The notes: generated by a model from the letters alone, not told the origin. Positions 11,939 to 22,265 are shown, counted from the first letter of the stretch. The stretch: DNA of 64,000 bases from Planctomycetota bacterium (GCA_965223265.1 OZ244999.1:4192001-4256000); one strand, 5' to 3'. Made by a program: numbers and translations.

Positions 11939-12654
11939 GAGGAGGCTCCGGCAAGCTCGTCGCAACACTCGAGCCGCAAATCACTGCCGCGGTGAGGTTG
12001 GACGCCGAGCTCCTCACGCCACTCGCTGACTGGCTTCTCCCACTCGAGCTCCCACTTCTGCGACAAGAGAAGGTTGGCTTTCAGCCCGAGCTGATAGCCT
12101 TCCGAGATTCCCTGCAGAACGTTCGCAAGTTCGTTTGGGTCTTTGATCAAGTAGCGCATGACGCCGCCAGCCGCAATGACAGCCGCCATCGGCCTGCGTG
12201 TTTGCGCCAGCTCGACAGCTTTGAGACTGATCTCACCGATGCGGTCCGTATCGAAACCGGTGATCACATGCCAAATGTCGTGCGTCTGCCGCAGCCGCAT
12301 GAGGACATAGTCGGTGTCGTCTTTGACGTCGATCTTGCGATAGTAGTCGGGATCGAACCCGCGATCGTCAAGGTGGTGCGCGTAGCAGTACCCCAGCGAT
12401 CCCTTCGGGTAGCCCAAGAGCCTCTGGGTGTCCGGAAGCGGTGAGAGGTAGCGCTCCTCCATGAGCGATTGCATGGCGGGGTCGTCGCGTACGAACTCCA
12501 TCGCCAACTGAGTGGCTTCATGGTGCCGTAGGCCATCCTCTATGTCGAACACCGACGACGTGTGCTCGGGGCTGACGAGCATCCCCAACGCACCCTTGAT
12601 CGTGGGCAGGTACTGTATGTGCTTTTTGTGGTTCCGGTGACGCTCGAAGAACAC
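11935..12654 (-). CDS. Coq4 family protein
   Basis: LP....L..YP.GSLG..Y and RLRQTHDIWHVITGF....GE metal-binding motif. Confidence 0.85.
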   Translation of the reverse strand: MFFERHRNHKKHIQYLPTIKGALGMLVSPEHTSSVFDIEDGLRHHEATQLAMEFVRDDPAMQSLMEERYLSPLPDTQRLLGYPKGSLGYCYAHHLDDRGFDPDYYRKIDVKDDTDYVLMRLRQTHDIWHVITGFDTDRIGEISLKAVELAQTRRPMAAVIAAGGVMRYLIKDPNELANVLQGISEGYQLGLKANLLLSQKWELEWEKPVSEWREELGVQPHRGSDLRLECCDELAGASS

Positions 12655-12741
12655 GATTCACCTCCTGGTTGAAGTCGAATGGTTGATGTGGGAAGTGATC
12701 ACCGCCGCGCTCGGGACCGGCGACGTGATCTGATCGCCGCG

Positions 12742-13860
12742 TTAACGTGACGCTCGCGCAGATGCCGTCTCTCGCCGGTCAGATGCGACCGCTCGGGCTA
12801 AAAACTCGCGCATGCGCCTAGCGATCACATCGCCGTCCTCTTCGAGGGCGAAATGTCCTGTGTCGAGGAGATGAAACTCGAGATTCTGAAGGTCGCGCTT
12901 GTAGGGATGCGCACCCGCAGCGGGAAAAATCTCGTCCTTGTCGCCCCAGACGATCAAAGTCGGTGGTTGGTGCTCACGAAAATACTCCTGCCAACTCGGG
13001 TAGAGAGGTGGATTGCTGCCGTAGTCGTAAAAGAGCTGCAGCTGTATTTCGGCGTTGCCTGGTCGATCAAGCAGACGCTGCGTGACGTGCCAATTGTCGG
13101 GACTAATCGTCTCCTTGTTGCGGGCGCCGTTCGTGTACTGCCACTGCGTCGCAGTGAACGTCACGAGAAATCGCAGCGCCTCCTCGTTCGACATGTTGGG
13201 GCTCTTGTAGGCAGCCTTGACGTTCTTCCACCACGGGTTATCGAGGCCTTTGTTCACGGCAGCGCGATCTTTCCAATACTCCTTGATTGGTTCCCAAAAA
13301 TCGTTGTCGATGCCTTCGTCGTAGGCGTTGCCGTTCTGGATGATCAACGCGTCGACACGCTCAGGGTGCTTTGCTGCCAGTCTGAAGCCAATCGGAGCGC
13401 CATAGTCCATCAGGTAGAGGCTGTAGCGCTCGAGGCCGAGCTTTACGGTGAGCTCTTCGACGATGCGACTGAGGTGATCAAAGGTGTAGTCGAACTCGTC
13501 GACGCTCGGCATGGAGCTGTTCCCGAAACCAGGATAGTCGGGAGCCACGACGTGGTAGCGGTCGGCGAGGGCTGGAATCAGGTCTCGAAACATGTGCGAA
13601 GAGGTTGGGAAGCCGTGCAAGAGGAGGATCGTTGGCGCATCGACCGGCCCAGCCTCGCGATAGAAGACTTCGACGCCGTCGATCTTCTGCGTGCGGTAGA
13701 AGACGCGAGGAATGACGGTTTGGGCTGGCGAGTCCACGCGAGCTTCCGCCGCGTCCAGCGGCGCAGCGACATCGTTTCGGCTCGAGCGCCATGAGACAGC
13801 TACGGCCACAATCGCGGTCAGAACCAACAGCAAGCGAACGGTCATTCGGCGAGAGTTCAT
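12742..13860 (-). CDS. Exported alpha/beta hydrolase (epoxide hydrolase/dehalogenase-like)
   Basis: [24 protein letters not shown] nucleophile Asp, QNGNAY, GHFALE; ATG 13860 with a GGGGG RBS and signal-like N-terminus. The longer ORF in the track reads through REP DNA. Confidence 0.9.
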   Translation of the reverse strand: MNSRRMTVRLLLVLTAIVAVAVSWRSSRNDVAAPLDAAEARVDSPAQTVIPRVFYRTQKIDGVEVFYREAGPVDAPTILLLHGFPTSSHMFRDLIPALADRYHVVAPDYPGFGNSSMPSVDEFDYTFDHLSRIVEELTVKLGLERYSLYLMDYGAPIGFRLAAKHPERVDALIIQNGNAYDEGIDNDFWEPIKEYWKDRAAVNKGLDNPWWKNVKAAYKSPNMSNEEALRFLVTFTATQWQYTNGARNKETISPDNWHVTQRLLDRPGNAEIQLQLFYDYGSNPPLYPSWQEYFREHQPPTLIVWGDKDEIFPAAGAHPYKRDLQNLEFHLLDTGHFALEEDGDVIARRMREFLARAVASDRRETASARASR

Positions 13861-13942
13861 GGGAGTCCCCCTTTTGTGCGTCGAGGTGGCGAAAAGAGAA
13901 AGCTGAGAATTGCCAATCGATTTGGCACGACGGGGGCCATAG

Positions 13943-13958
13943 AACAAAGCCCGTGCCA
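13943..13958 (-). promoter_or_regulatory. Sigma54-type -24/-12 promoter (variant) for the hydrolase
   Basis: TGGCACGGGCTTTGTT versus consensus TGGCACG-N4-TTGCW, with the -12 C replaced by T; paired with UAS-like palindromes upstream. Confidence 0.45.
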
Positions 13959-14048
13959 TGGACGCCACGCACCGGAGAATCTTCCGTAGCATGAGTCGCA
14001 AGAACACGTTACGGAGACCAACGTCACGCAGCGTGGCAGGCGCGAACA

Positions 14049-14081
14049 CCACGAAGTCTCGTGGGGAACGGAATCTCGTGG
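14049..14081. promoter_or_regulatory. Tandem palindromic activator sites (putative UAS)
   Basis: CCACGAAGTCTCGTGG and GAACGGAATCTCGTGG, closely matching the pair at 25673-25709. Confidence 0.5.
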
Positions 14082-14224
14082 TGGTTCGCGGTGGGATCGA
14101 AAGCGGCGGAGGCGGACGGAGTCGGAGGCAGAGGCAGAGTCGGAGACGGAGTCCCGTGTCTGTGTCCTCCACGCACGCGCAAACGACTCCGAATGACGGC
14201 ACGCGTGCTGTGTGGCCACGTTCA

Positions 14225-14420
14225 CAAGACCGGACGGCACACGGGAGTGTGCCTGCTACTTTGATAAGACCCGCTGGAGACATGTGTCGAAAGTAGCAGG
14301 CACACGCCGTGTGCCGTCGCCAAGCAAGAACGGACAGCCATAGGATTGTGGCTAGTTTCTTGCTAAACGAGCTGCCGGCGGTATGTGTCGAAAGTAGCAG
14401 GCACACGCAAGCGTGCCGTC
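14225..14420. repeat. Three GTAG-family REP copies upstream of the RAYT
   Basis: Minus copy 14230-14262; plus copies GTAGCAGGCACACGCCGTGTGCCGTC at 14293-14318 and a degenerate one at 14394-14420. Confidence 0.85.
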
Positions 14421-14499
14421 GCTGAGCAAACCCGGGCGGCTACGTTCGTTTGTTCGGGTCCATTGCCCGTCTCCTGACCGTTCTTAAGTCGCTACCCAT

Positions 14500-15147
14500 A
14501 TGTTCGAGCTGTTCGACCCGAGTGCCGAGGTGCGTGTGACAGGTGGAGCCAACCTTCCGCACTGGTTTCAGTCGGCCGCAACCTACTTCATCACGTTCCG
14601 CACCGAGGATTCCATTCCCGTCGACATCGCGAGGCGATGGCACGCAGAACGTGATGCATGGCTCTCACGGCATGGAATTTCGAGAAATTCGCGGCAATGG
14701 CGGGAGAAAGTGTCGAACCTTCCTCGGACAAAGCGCGACGAATACCATGGGCGATTCTCACATCGGTACATGGACAGCTTGGACAGTGGGTGGGGAGCCT
14801 GCATTTTGCAGCGATCGGAGCTGTCAAACATCGTCGCCGACAGTTTGCTCTACTTCGATGGTGTTCGTTACCACATGGGCGACTTCGTCGTGATGCCGAA
14901 CCACGTGCATCTGCTTGTCTGTCTTCGCGGTCAAACCGACGTTGTTAAGCAATGCTGTTCGTGGAAGAGATTTACAGCCAGAAGGATCAACGAAGTGCTC
15001 GGGACATCAGGGCGTTTCTGGCAGGAAGAGAGTTTCGACCATCTCGTACGATCGCCAGCGCAGTTCCATAGAATTCAGAAGTACATCAGAGATAATCCTC
15101 GGAACCTCAGGACGGGGCAGTACTTCTTGTACCAGGCTCTGCACTAG
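14500..15147 (+). mobile_element. REP-associated tyrosine transposase (RAYT/TnpA-REP, Y1 HUH family)
   Basis: YFITFRT, VVMPNHVH (HUH), FWQEESFDHLVR, catalytic Tyr in YIRDNP; flanked by GTAG REPs on both sides. Confidence 0.9.
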
Positions 15148-15194
15148 GGTCGTAGTAGCAAGCGCACTCGTCGGTGTTTCGTCGGCGAGCACGG

Positions 15195-15647
15195 CCGGAC
15201 GGCACACGGGAGTGTGCCTGCTACTTTCAGCACACGCTCACGCTCACACAAGACCGGACGGCACACGGGAGTGTGCCTGCTACTTTCGGCACACGCACAC
15301 GCTCACGCTCACACAAGACCGGACGGCACACGGGAGTGTGCCTGCTACTTTCAGCACACGCACACGCACACGCAAGACCGGACGGCACACGGGAGTGTGC
15401 CTGCTACTTTCGGCACACGCACACGCACACACAAGACCGGACGGCACACGGGAGTGTGCCTGCTACTTTCAGCACACGCACACGCTCACACAAGACCGGA
15501 CGGCACACGGGAGTGTGCCTGCTACTTTCGGCACACGCACACGCTCACACAAGACCGGACGGCACACGGGAGTGTGCCTGCTACTTTCGGCACACGCACA
15601 CGCTCACACAAGACCGGACGGCACACGGGAGTGTGCCTGCTACTTTC
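15195..15647 (-). repeat. Head-to-tail tandem array of 8 REP units
   Basis: Core CCGGACGGCACACGGGAGTGTGCCTGCTACTTT starts at 15195, 15254, 15319, 15378, 15437, 15496, 15555, 15614 (period 59 bp, one of 65 bp); linkers are built from CACGC(A/T) hexamers. Confidence 0.95.
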
Positions 15648-15667
15648 GGCGGAGCGAGCCTGCGCGG

Positions 15668-18307
15668 CTAGGTCTGGCGCAGAATCTCGAGTGGTGACGC
15701 CCGCAGCACGCGCGCGCTGACAGCGATGCCGCAGAGCGCGACGAGCGCACTCGTGAGTGCGACCGCGGCGAAGGCGAATGTGTAGGGAAGCTGGGGCGAA
15801 ATCTCGAGCACGGAGTCGAGGAATGCCGCCGCCAGCGCGAAACTCCCGAGCGTGCCGACCACACCAGCGACCGCTCCGACGAGCGTGAACTCGATCGCCA
15901 GGAGAAGCGCGACGCCGCGGCGAGTCAAACCGAGGGCACGAAGGAGCGCCGCCTCGCGTGCCCGTCGCATCGTCGCCGCGCCGATGGCGCCGGCAAGCAC
16001 CACGAGGCCGACGATGACGCTGAATCCCGCGAGCACGCGAACGGCGGCGGCCAGTCGCGAGAGAATCTCCCGCAGTTTCTCGAGAATAGGCCGTACACGG
16101 ATGACGGTGACGTTGGCGTACTCCGCCCCAAGGCGTCCCTGAAACCCCAGCTCAGACTCAGCTGGCAGTCGTGCACCGACGAGCCGAAACTGCGGCGCAC
16201 CATCCAGCGTCCCTGGTTCGGCGACGAGAAAAAAGTTGATGTCAAAGCTGCGCCACTCGACTTCCCGAAGGCTCGTCACCAAGAATTCCATGGGAACCCC
16301 TTGTACGTTAAACTCGAGTCTCGTTCCGACGGTGGCGCCGAGGTTGCGCGCGAAGTCCACTTCGAGGCTGATCTCACGCGCATCAGGGCGTGACCAAAGC
16401 TCGCCGCTGACGATGCGGTTGCTGCTCGGGAGCGACTCGAGTGACGTCAAGCGCTGCTCGCGCGTCAGCATCCAGCGCCCACGTCGTCGCGCGCCTGGGG
16501 CATCCTCGCCGCCGTTCGAATCGGATCGCGTTTCTGCTCCCGAGGTGCGAGCTTCACTTTGACGCGCCTTGCCGCGCTGCGTCAGCAGCTCGGCGACTGA
16601 CACACCGTCGACCGCGGCGAGGCGAGCCATGACGACCGGCACCGACTTGACATGCAGCGCTTGTTCCTCTTCTAACAAGCGCCGCACGCCTGCGCCTTGA
16701 GACGGCTGCACGTCCCAGAGATAGACGCTCGGCGCCGACTCTGGAAGCTCACGACTGAGTTCGCCGTCAAGTCTCCGGGCGACCAGCTCCAGGGTGACGA
16801 TGACGAGGATCCCGAGTCCGAGCGAAACGATGGCTCCGGTCGTGCCAGCACTCGGTCTCGCCAAGGCCGCAACGCCGTGGCGCAGATATGGACCGAGTCG
16901 AGTGCGCGGCGCACGCCGTGCAAGCATGATGAGCAGCCGAGCGCCGGCGACGAGAAGCACTCCGGTGACGACGACCGCGAGTGTGAAACCGATCGCCAGA
17001 TCGAACCTGCGTCCCTGCAGCCAACTCGCCGCAAAGATACCGATCGACACAAGCCCCCACGTCACGCAGCGCGTCCAGCGCGGCACATGAAGAGGCTCCG
17101 CGCTGCTGCGAAGGGTACGTGCCGGCGGCACGCTCCAGGCAGCCATGAGCGGCGAGAGGCTGAAGAGGAGTGCGGTCGAGACACCGAGGAAAAGCCCCTT
17201 GCCGACGGCACTGGGATGCCAAAGCAATCCCGCCATGCCCGCCGGAAAGTCAGGGACAAACCACGCCGCTAACTGCGGTGCAGAACCACCGAGAAGGCCT
17301 CCGAGTACGGAGCCGAATGCAGCGACGATGGCGATGTGAGACAAATAGATGATGCCGACGTCGCGAGGTCGAAAACCTAGGCAACGAAGGATGGCGATGT
17401 TTTGCGTGCGACTCTCAAGCCACGTCCGTACGATTTGCGCAACGCCGACGCCACCCAGAAGCAGGGAAAGCAGCGCGACGAGTCCAAGGAAGTCTTCGAC
17501 GCGCGACAAGCTGCGCCGCACCATCGGCTGTCCCTGGTCGTACGATTCCACGGTGAAGTAGTCGGCGTCGGGTAGTTCCGTTTTCAAACGCTCGCGCAAA
17601 CGACCGAGTTCCCTCCGATCGACGTCATCGCCGACGCTCAAAAGCGTCTTGTAGGTGATCCGGCTGCCGAAGGTCACCAGCGCGGCGCGCTCGAGCCCTG
17701 CCTTGGTCACGAGCACCCTTGGTCCCGCGGCAAACGAGAAACCAAGCTGATCCGTGCCTTCGAGGAGGACGGCAGCGATGTCAAACTCAGCGTGGCCGAT
17801 GCGTACGCGGTCTCCCTCCTCAATGCCGAGCTCGTTCAGAAGCTCCGGCGCGACAATCGCAGTCGTCGCCGACAAGAGATCCTCAAGATCACCAGGCCTC
17901 GAGAGCTTGAGTGTCCCGCGGAGTGGGTAGAACCCGTCGATCGCTTCCAGGCTAGCAAGTCGACTCCGGGTCGCACCGTGGGCGAGCGTCGCGGCAACCA
18001 TTGTGGGCAGTTCGAGGATGTCGGTGCGCGCCGTCGCACCGCCGACGTCGGCGAACCACGGGTCAACATCGGGCACGGGTGCTCGCCTCGAGCTGATCGC
18101 GACATCGCCACCGAGGAGCTCCCGCGATTGGGTCCGCAGCAGCGTACGGAGGCTCGAGCTCAGGCTTGAAACACCGGCAACTGCAGCAACGCCGATGGCG
18201 AGGCAGCTCACCAGCAGCACCATGCGCATTCGGGCGCCGCGAAACTCGCGAGCGACGCTGCGGACGGCAGTGCGAGCGAAAACGCCGAACGACGCGGAAG
18301 ACTTCAC
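15668..18307 (-). CDS. ybbP: ABC transporter permease, FtsX-like (YbbP-type)
   Basis: Duplicated MacB/FtsX architecture, LLGGD, REVEW.SF.INFF; coupled to an ABC ATPase and divergent from an SGNH esterase. Confidence 0.8.
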   Translation of the reverse strand: MKSSASFGVFARTAVRSVAREFRGARMRMVLLVSCLAIGVAAVAGVSSLSSSLRTLLRTQSRELLGGDVAISSRRAPVPDVDPWFADVGGATARTDILELPTMVAATLAHGATRSRLASLEAIDGFYPLRGTLKLSRPGDLEDLLSATTAIVAPELLNELGIEEGDRVRIGHAEFDIAAVLLEGTDQLGFSFAAGPRVLVTKAGLERAALVTFGSRITYKTLLSVGDDVDRRELGRLRERLKTELPDADYFTVESYDQGQPMVRRSLSRVEDFLGLVALLSLLLGGVGVAQIVRTWLESRTQNIAILRCLGFRPRDVGIIYLSHIAIVAAFGSVLGGLLGGSAPQLAAWFVPDFPAGMAGLLWHPSAVGKGLFLGVSTALLFSLSPLMAAWSVPPARTLRSSAEPLHVPRWTRCVTWGLVSIGIFAASWLQGRRFDLAIGFTLAVVVTGVLLVAGARLLIMLARRAPRTRLGPYLRHGVAALARPSAGTTGAIVSLGLGILVIVTLELVARRLDGELSRELPESAPSVYLWDVQPSQGAGVRRLLEEEQALHVKSVPVVMARLAAVDGVSVAELLTQRGKARQSEARTSGAETRSDSNGGEDAPGARRRGRWMLTREQRLTSLESLPSSNRIVSGELWSRPDAREISLEVDFARNLGATVGTRLEFNVQGVPMEFLVTSLREVEWRSFDINFFLVAEPGTLDGAPQFRLVGARLPAESELGFQGRLGAEYANVTVIRVRPILEKLREILSRLAAAVRVLAGFSVIVGLVVLAGAIGAATMRRAREAALLRALGLTRRGVALLLAIEFTLVGAVAGVVGTLGSFALAAAFLDSVLEISPQLPYTFAFAAVALTSALVALCGIAVSARVLRASPLEILRQT

Positions 18308-19080
18308 GTGGCGTCTCCGCTCCGTGCACCTTGAAAGAGATCTGGGTCCGCCGCAACTTTCGCATCGCGAGCGGCCGACTCTTCACTCGGCGCAGAGCTA
18401 TCGCGGACGATGCGGCCGCTCTCGAGCTCGATCCGTCGTTCGGCGCGAGAAGCGATCGCCTGGTCATGCGTCACGAGCACGAGCGTCATATCTTCCCGCT
18501 CCCGGAGCTCGAGCAGAAGATCGAGCACTTGGGCGCCTGTGCGTGCGTCAAGATTTCCGGTCGGTTCGTCGGCGAGCAGAAGCGATGGCCGTGGTGCGAA
18601 CGCACGCGCAATCGCGACACGTTGCTGTTCGCCGCCGGAGAGCTGCGCAGGATAGTGGTGTCCGCGGTCAGGAAGCCCCAAGCGTTCGAGCAACTCCTCG
18701 GTGCGAGGCCGGGCGTCGCGGGCGCCGATGAGCTCGAGCGGTAGGAGAATGTTCTCGCGCGCTGTGAGGTTGTCAATGAGCTGAAACGACTGAAAAACGA
18801 AACCGATGTGTCGTCGTCTCAGAAGCGCAAGCTCATCCTCACTGAGCTCGCCAAGGGACTGACCATCGCAGCGAATCACACCCGAGGTCAGGCGTTCGAA
18901 ACCAGCCATGAGTCCGAGAAGGGTCGACTTGCCACTACCTGAAGGTCCAAGGATCGCGACGAACTCGCCGCGTTTGACGGTGAAGTCGACGCCGTCGAGA
19001 ACGCGAACTCGGTGGTCTCCGGAGCGAAACTCTTTGCTGACGGCAAGGCACTCGATCCGCGGCGGTTGGGAAATTGTCAT
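18304..19080 (-). CDS. ybbA: ABC transporter ATP-binding protein (YbbA-type)
   Basis: GPSGSGKS, LSGGEQQRVAIARA, ADEPTGNLD. Confidence 0.85.
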   Translation of the reverse strand: MTISQPPRIECLAVSKEFRSGDHRVRVLDGVDFTVKRGEFVAILGPSGSGKSTLLGLMAGFERLTSGVIRCDGQSLGELSEDELALLRRRHIGFVFQSFQLIDNLTARENILLPLELIGARDARPRTEELLERLGLPDRGHHYPAQLSGGEQQRVAIARAFAPRPSLLLADEPTGNLDARTGAQVLDLLLELREREDMTLVLVTHDQAIASRAERRIELESGRIVRDSSAPSEESAARDAKVAADPDLFQGARSGDAT

Positions 19081-19174
19081 GGGCTCTCAGGATAGGAGTC
19101 GCAGGAGTTGGTGTCGCCATCGGATCTTCAGCGAAGTCGAGGCCAACCTCGAGTCTGGCATTCTGTGCACCAAA

Positions 19175-19241
19175 GTAGCAGGCACACTCCGTGTGCCGTC
19201 GCTCTTGTCAGAGACTGCGGCACACGGAGTGTGCCTGCTAC
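19175..19241. repeat. Inverted REP doublet (REPIN-like)
   Basis: GTAGCAGGCACACTCCGTGTGCCG at 19175 and its reverse complement ending at 19241, in the ybbA-tesA intergenic region. Confidence 0.9.
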
Positions 19242-19411
19242 TTTTCCGGACAAGAGTTGTTCAACAGTCACAAACTTACTCAGAGGGCACAAAAGTGCGA
19301 AGGCCGCTGGAACTCGGTCAACTTGTCCAGCCAAGCCAGCTCGAAGTAGCCAAACTCGAGTTCAAGTTGATAGTCTACATCGAAACGTTGCAAACTGCTC
19401 TCAGGTGACTC

Positions 19412-20158
19412 ATGCGATACGAAACGGACGCTTCGAAGTTTCAGCAAGGGCGAACTTGGATCGGCGCTGCGATGCTGCTGGTGAGTTGGACCGCCGGCTG
19501 TGACCATCGCGTCGAGACCGCCACGCCGCCAGCGGCTGAACCCACTCAAAACACGGGCCAGACGTCAAGATCCGCACCAGCCTCCGACGATCGCCCTCTG
19601 GTGATTTTCTTGGGAGACAGTATCACCGCCGGGTTCGGCGTCCATCCCGAAGAAGCGTTTCCGCAGCGATTGGCAACACGGCTGCAGGCGGAGGACGTCG
19701 AGATTCGCGTCCTCAATGCTGGTGTAAGCGGTGATACGACGGCTGGCGGTCTCTCGCGACTCGACTGGCTGCTGCGCCAAAAACCGCAACTGCTCGTCGT
19801 CCAGCTCGGCGGCAACGACGCACTGCGAGGTCAGCCGCTCGAGTCGATCGAAAAGAACCTACGCGCCCTCCTGAAGCGAAGCCTCGAAGCGGGCTGCAAG
19901 ACTCTGTTCCTCGGCATGCGCATCCCCCCCAGCTATGGGCCCGACTACGCCGAGGGCTTCGCGGCCCTCTACGATCGGCTCGCCACCGAACTCGAGGTGG
20001 ACTTCGTCCCGTTCTTCATGGACGGTGTCGGCGGCGTCGCCGACTTGAATCTCGCCGATCAGATCCATCCGAACCCTCAAGGTCACGAGAAACTCGCTGA
20101 CAATGTCCTGCCCCACCTCAGGAAGCTGTTGCGCGCACCGCCGCGGCTCCCAAAGTAG
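19412..20158 (+). CDS. tesA: Arylesterase / acyl-CoA thioesterase I (SGNH), probable lipoprotein
   Basis: FLGDSITAG, NAGVSGDTT, GGNDALRG, DQIHPN; TAGC lipobox-like; tesA-ybbAP synteny. Confidence 0.88.
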   Translation: MRYETDASKFQQGRTWIGAAMLLVSWTAGCDHRVETATPPAAEPTQNTGQTSRSAPASDDRPLVIFLGDSITAGFGVHPEEAFPQRLATRLQAEDVEIRVLNAGVSGDTTAGGLSRLDWLLRQKPQLLVVQLGGNDALRGQPLESIEKNLRALLKRSLEAGCKTLFLGMRIPPSYGPDYAEGFAALYDRLATELEVDFVPFFMDGVGGVADLNLADQIHPNPQGHEKLADNVLPHLRKLLRAPPRLPK

Positions 20159-20188
20159 CAGGCACGCTCCGCGTGCCGTCCGGTCTTG
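20155..20188 (+). repeat. REP copy overlapping the tesA stop codon
   Basis: GTAGCAGGCACGCTCCGCGTGCCGTCCGGTCTTG; the stem carries a compensatory double change (ACAC/GTGT to ACGC/GCGT). Confidence 0.85.
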
Positions 20189-20356
20189 CGTTTGCGTAGG
20201 CGCGGGCATGGGCGTGTGGGCGCTTTCTAAAAAGCAGACACGCTCGGAGTCAACAACGGAGTGCCTGGGCGTAAGGTTGTCCAGAGAATCTCCTTCCGAG
20301 TTCTTCTGAACGGATGCGAGCTACGGAATCTGGCAGTCCTTGGACACGCAGAGCTC

Positions 20357-20737
20357 TCAAGAGCGGTTCCCGCCATTCTTACGGTCGTATCGCTTCCGCG
20401 CCTTCTCGACGTCGGTCATGTGCTTGTCCCCCCACGCGTCAATGGCCTGCCCAACCGGTCCCAAGCTTTCTCCGAGCTGCGTGAGGGAATACTCGACGCG
20501 CGGTGGAATCTCCGCGAAGTACTTCCGTGAAACGATTCCGTCGCGTTCGAGCTCACGCAGCTGTTGAGTCAACATGCGCTGACTGACACCCGGAATGAGT
20601 CTTCGAAGCGCGTTAAACCGGAGCGTGCCCTCATTCTCCAAGGCATAGATAACCGCTGGCTTCCACTTCCCGCCGAACACATCGATGACGCGTTCGACTG
20701 GACACAGACCGTCGTGGCGAACTTGCTTCTTCGGCAT
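20357..20737 (-). CDS. HxlR family winged-helix regulator
   Basis: CPVE..IDVFGGKWK...[26 protein letters not shown]...PPRVEYSLT. Confidence 0.92.
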   Translation of the reverse strand: MPKKQVRHDGLCPVERVIDVFGGKWKPAVIYALENEGTLRFNALRRLIPGVSQRMLTQQLRELERDGIVSRKYFAEIPPRVEYSLTQLGESLGPVGQAIDAWGDKHMTDVEKARKRYDRKNGGNRS

Positions 20738-20855
20738 TCGTATACTCAGTTACCAAAATGTACCTGATTGACAAAAGGTACCAACAGAGCAACCATACCG
20801 CAAGACCGAACACGAAGGTCAGACGTTTCCGAAGCCAGTACGACGGAGAAGGACG

Positions 20856-21584
20856 ATGAACGACAAGATCAACCTCACGAGAAGGCAAGTGATCAAGGCG
20901 GGAGCCGCCGGTCTCGGGCTCTTCGGAATGTCCGAGCTCGCCCGTGTAGTGGTTGCCGAAGAAAAGCAGGGTGACGGACTGGACAAGATTCTGAGGAAGA
21001 ATTCCCAGATTCCCTACATTGGGCTCGCCGAAGACGGCCCTCTCTACCCGCCGGTCGAAATACCTTGGCTGAAGGACTTGACCTCGGTCGGCGCTGAAGG
21101 TGCCAAGCCGAACGGACAGGTGCTGTATCTGTTCGGCAAGATTCTCGACGCACGCGGTCGACCTCTACCGGGGGCATCTGTCGAAATCTGGCAGTGCGAC
21201 AACAACGGTACGTACAAGCACCCACGAGTCGACAAGCCCCTCGACCCCAACTTCGGATATTTCGGAAAGGTCAAGACCGGAGAGGACGGAAGCTACCTCT
21301 TCAAGACCATCGTCCCGCGCTGGTACGACATGTTCGGTACGAAGAGAGCGCCACACATTCACCTGAAGATGCGACATCGTAGGCACGGAGTTCTGACCAC
21401 GGAGACCTATTTTCACGGCAAGGAAGATGAGGAGATTCGCAAGAAGGACCGTGTGTTCCTGAGCCGTTTCACGCCGGACCGCATGATCGTCGAGAAGGAG
21501 TCGCCGACGAAATACAAGGACCTCAAGGTGTCATTCGACAAGGACGCAGTTTGCTGCAAGTACGACCTGGCATTCATTCTCTAA
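20856..21584 (+). CDS. Intradiol ring-cleavage dioxygenase-like protein with Tat signal
   Basis: TRRQVIK; GPLYP, EIWQCDNNGTY, PRWY...RAPHIH (Tyr/Tyr/His/His iron ligands). Confidence 0.85.
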   Translation: MNDKINLTRRQVIKAGAAGLGLFGMSELARVVVAEEKQGDGLDKILRKNSQIPYIGLAEDGPLYPPVEIPWLKDLTSVGAEGAKPNGQVLYLFGKILDARGRPLPGASVEIWQCDNNGTYKHPRVDKPLDPNFGYFGKVKTGEDGSYLFKTIVPRWYDMFGTKRAPHIHLKMRHRRHGVLTTETYFHGKEDEEIRKKDRVFLSRFTPDRMIVEKESPTKYKDLKVSFDKDAVCCKYDLAFIL

Positions 21585-21659
21585 GGAATCTCGCATGATC
21601 CAGAAGACCTTTGTCCTCCCCGCTCGCGCTGGAGGGAATCGCACTGCGGAGCAAAGAAC

Positions 21660-22265
21660 ATGAAGATCATTCTTGTGGGCGCCAGCGGCAAGATCGGCAA
21701 AGAAGTCGATCGCCTTCTGTCTGAAGAACACGAGCTGGTTCGCGTCGGGGCGACAAGTGGAGACGTGCGATGTGACTATTCGGATGAGGACTCTGTCCGA
21801 GAAATGTTCCATCGTGTGACAAGGTTCGACGCCCTGATTTGCGCTGCCGGACGTGATAGCTCCTTCAAGTCGTTTGAGACACTGACTAGCGACGACTATC
21901 GATACGGATTCGAGCGGAAATTTCTAGGTCAAGTCCGCCTCGTGACACTCGGTCAGCAGCACATGCTCGACGACGGCTCGTTCACCTTGACGAGCGGCTT
22001 TCTGAGCCACTACCCGAACGCCGCGAGCATAGCGACAGGACCGCTCAATAGTGCTGTCGACACCTTCGTATCCAACGCTGCGCCGCTGCTTCCACGCGGA
22101 ATTCGCTTGAACGTCGTGAGCCCAGCGCCGGTTGTGGAGTCCGGTCAGGAAACGAGGGGGACGGTCACCGCGGAACAGACGGCGAAATACTACGTCAAGG
22201 CTATCCAGGGCGACATGACTGGCCAGGTCTTGCGAGCTTGGGGCGGGCTTCCGGTTCCCGGTTGA
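21660..22265 (+). CDS. Short-chain dehydrogenase (atypical SDR)
   Basis: MKIILVGASGKIG, KFLGQVRLV, GSFTLTSG, PRGIRLNVVSP. Confidence 0.85.
   Translation: MKIILVGASGKIGKEVDRLLSEEHELVRVGATSGDVRCDYSDEDSVREMFHRVTRFDALICAAGRDSSFKSFETLTSDDYRYGFERKFLGQVRLVTLGQQHMLDDGSFTLTSGFLSHYPNAASIATGPLNSAVDTFVSNAAPLLPRGIRLNVVSPAPVVESGQETRGTVTAEQTAKYYVKAIQGDMTGQVLRAWGGLPVPG

Noticed and set aside
13861-14406. N-terminal extension of the hydrolase ORF
   Set aside because: It reads through REP and regulatory DNA; a good RBS and signal peptide mark ATG 13860.
15195-15647. CRISPR array
   Set aside because: The linkers are near-identical hexamer runs, not unique spacers; no cas genes; the repeat is a GTAG REP next to a RAYT.
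14915-15720. Repetitive ORFs ([25 protein letters not shown])
   Set aside because: They are three-frame translations of the REP array.
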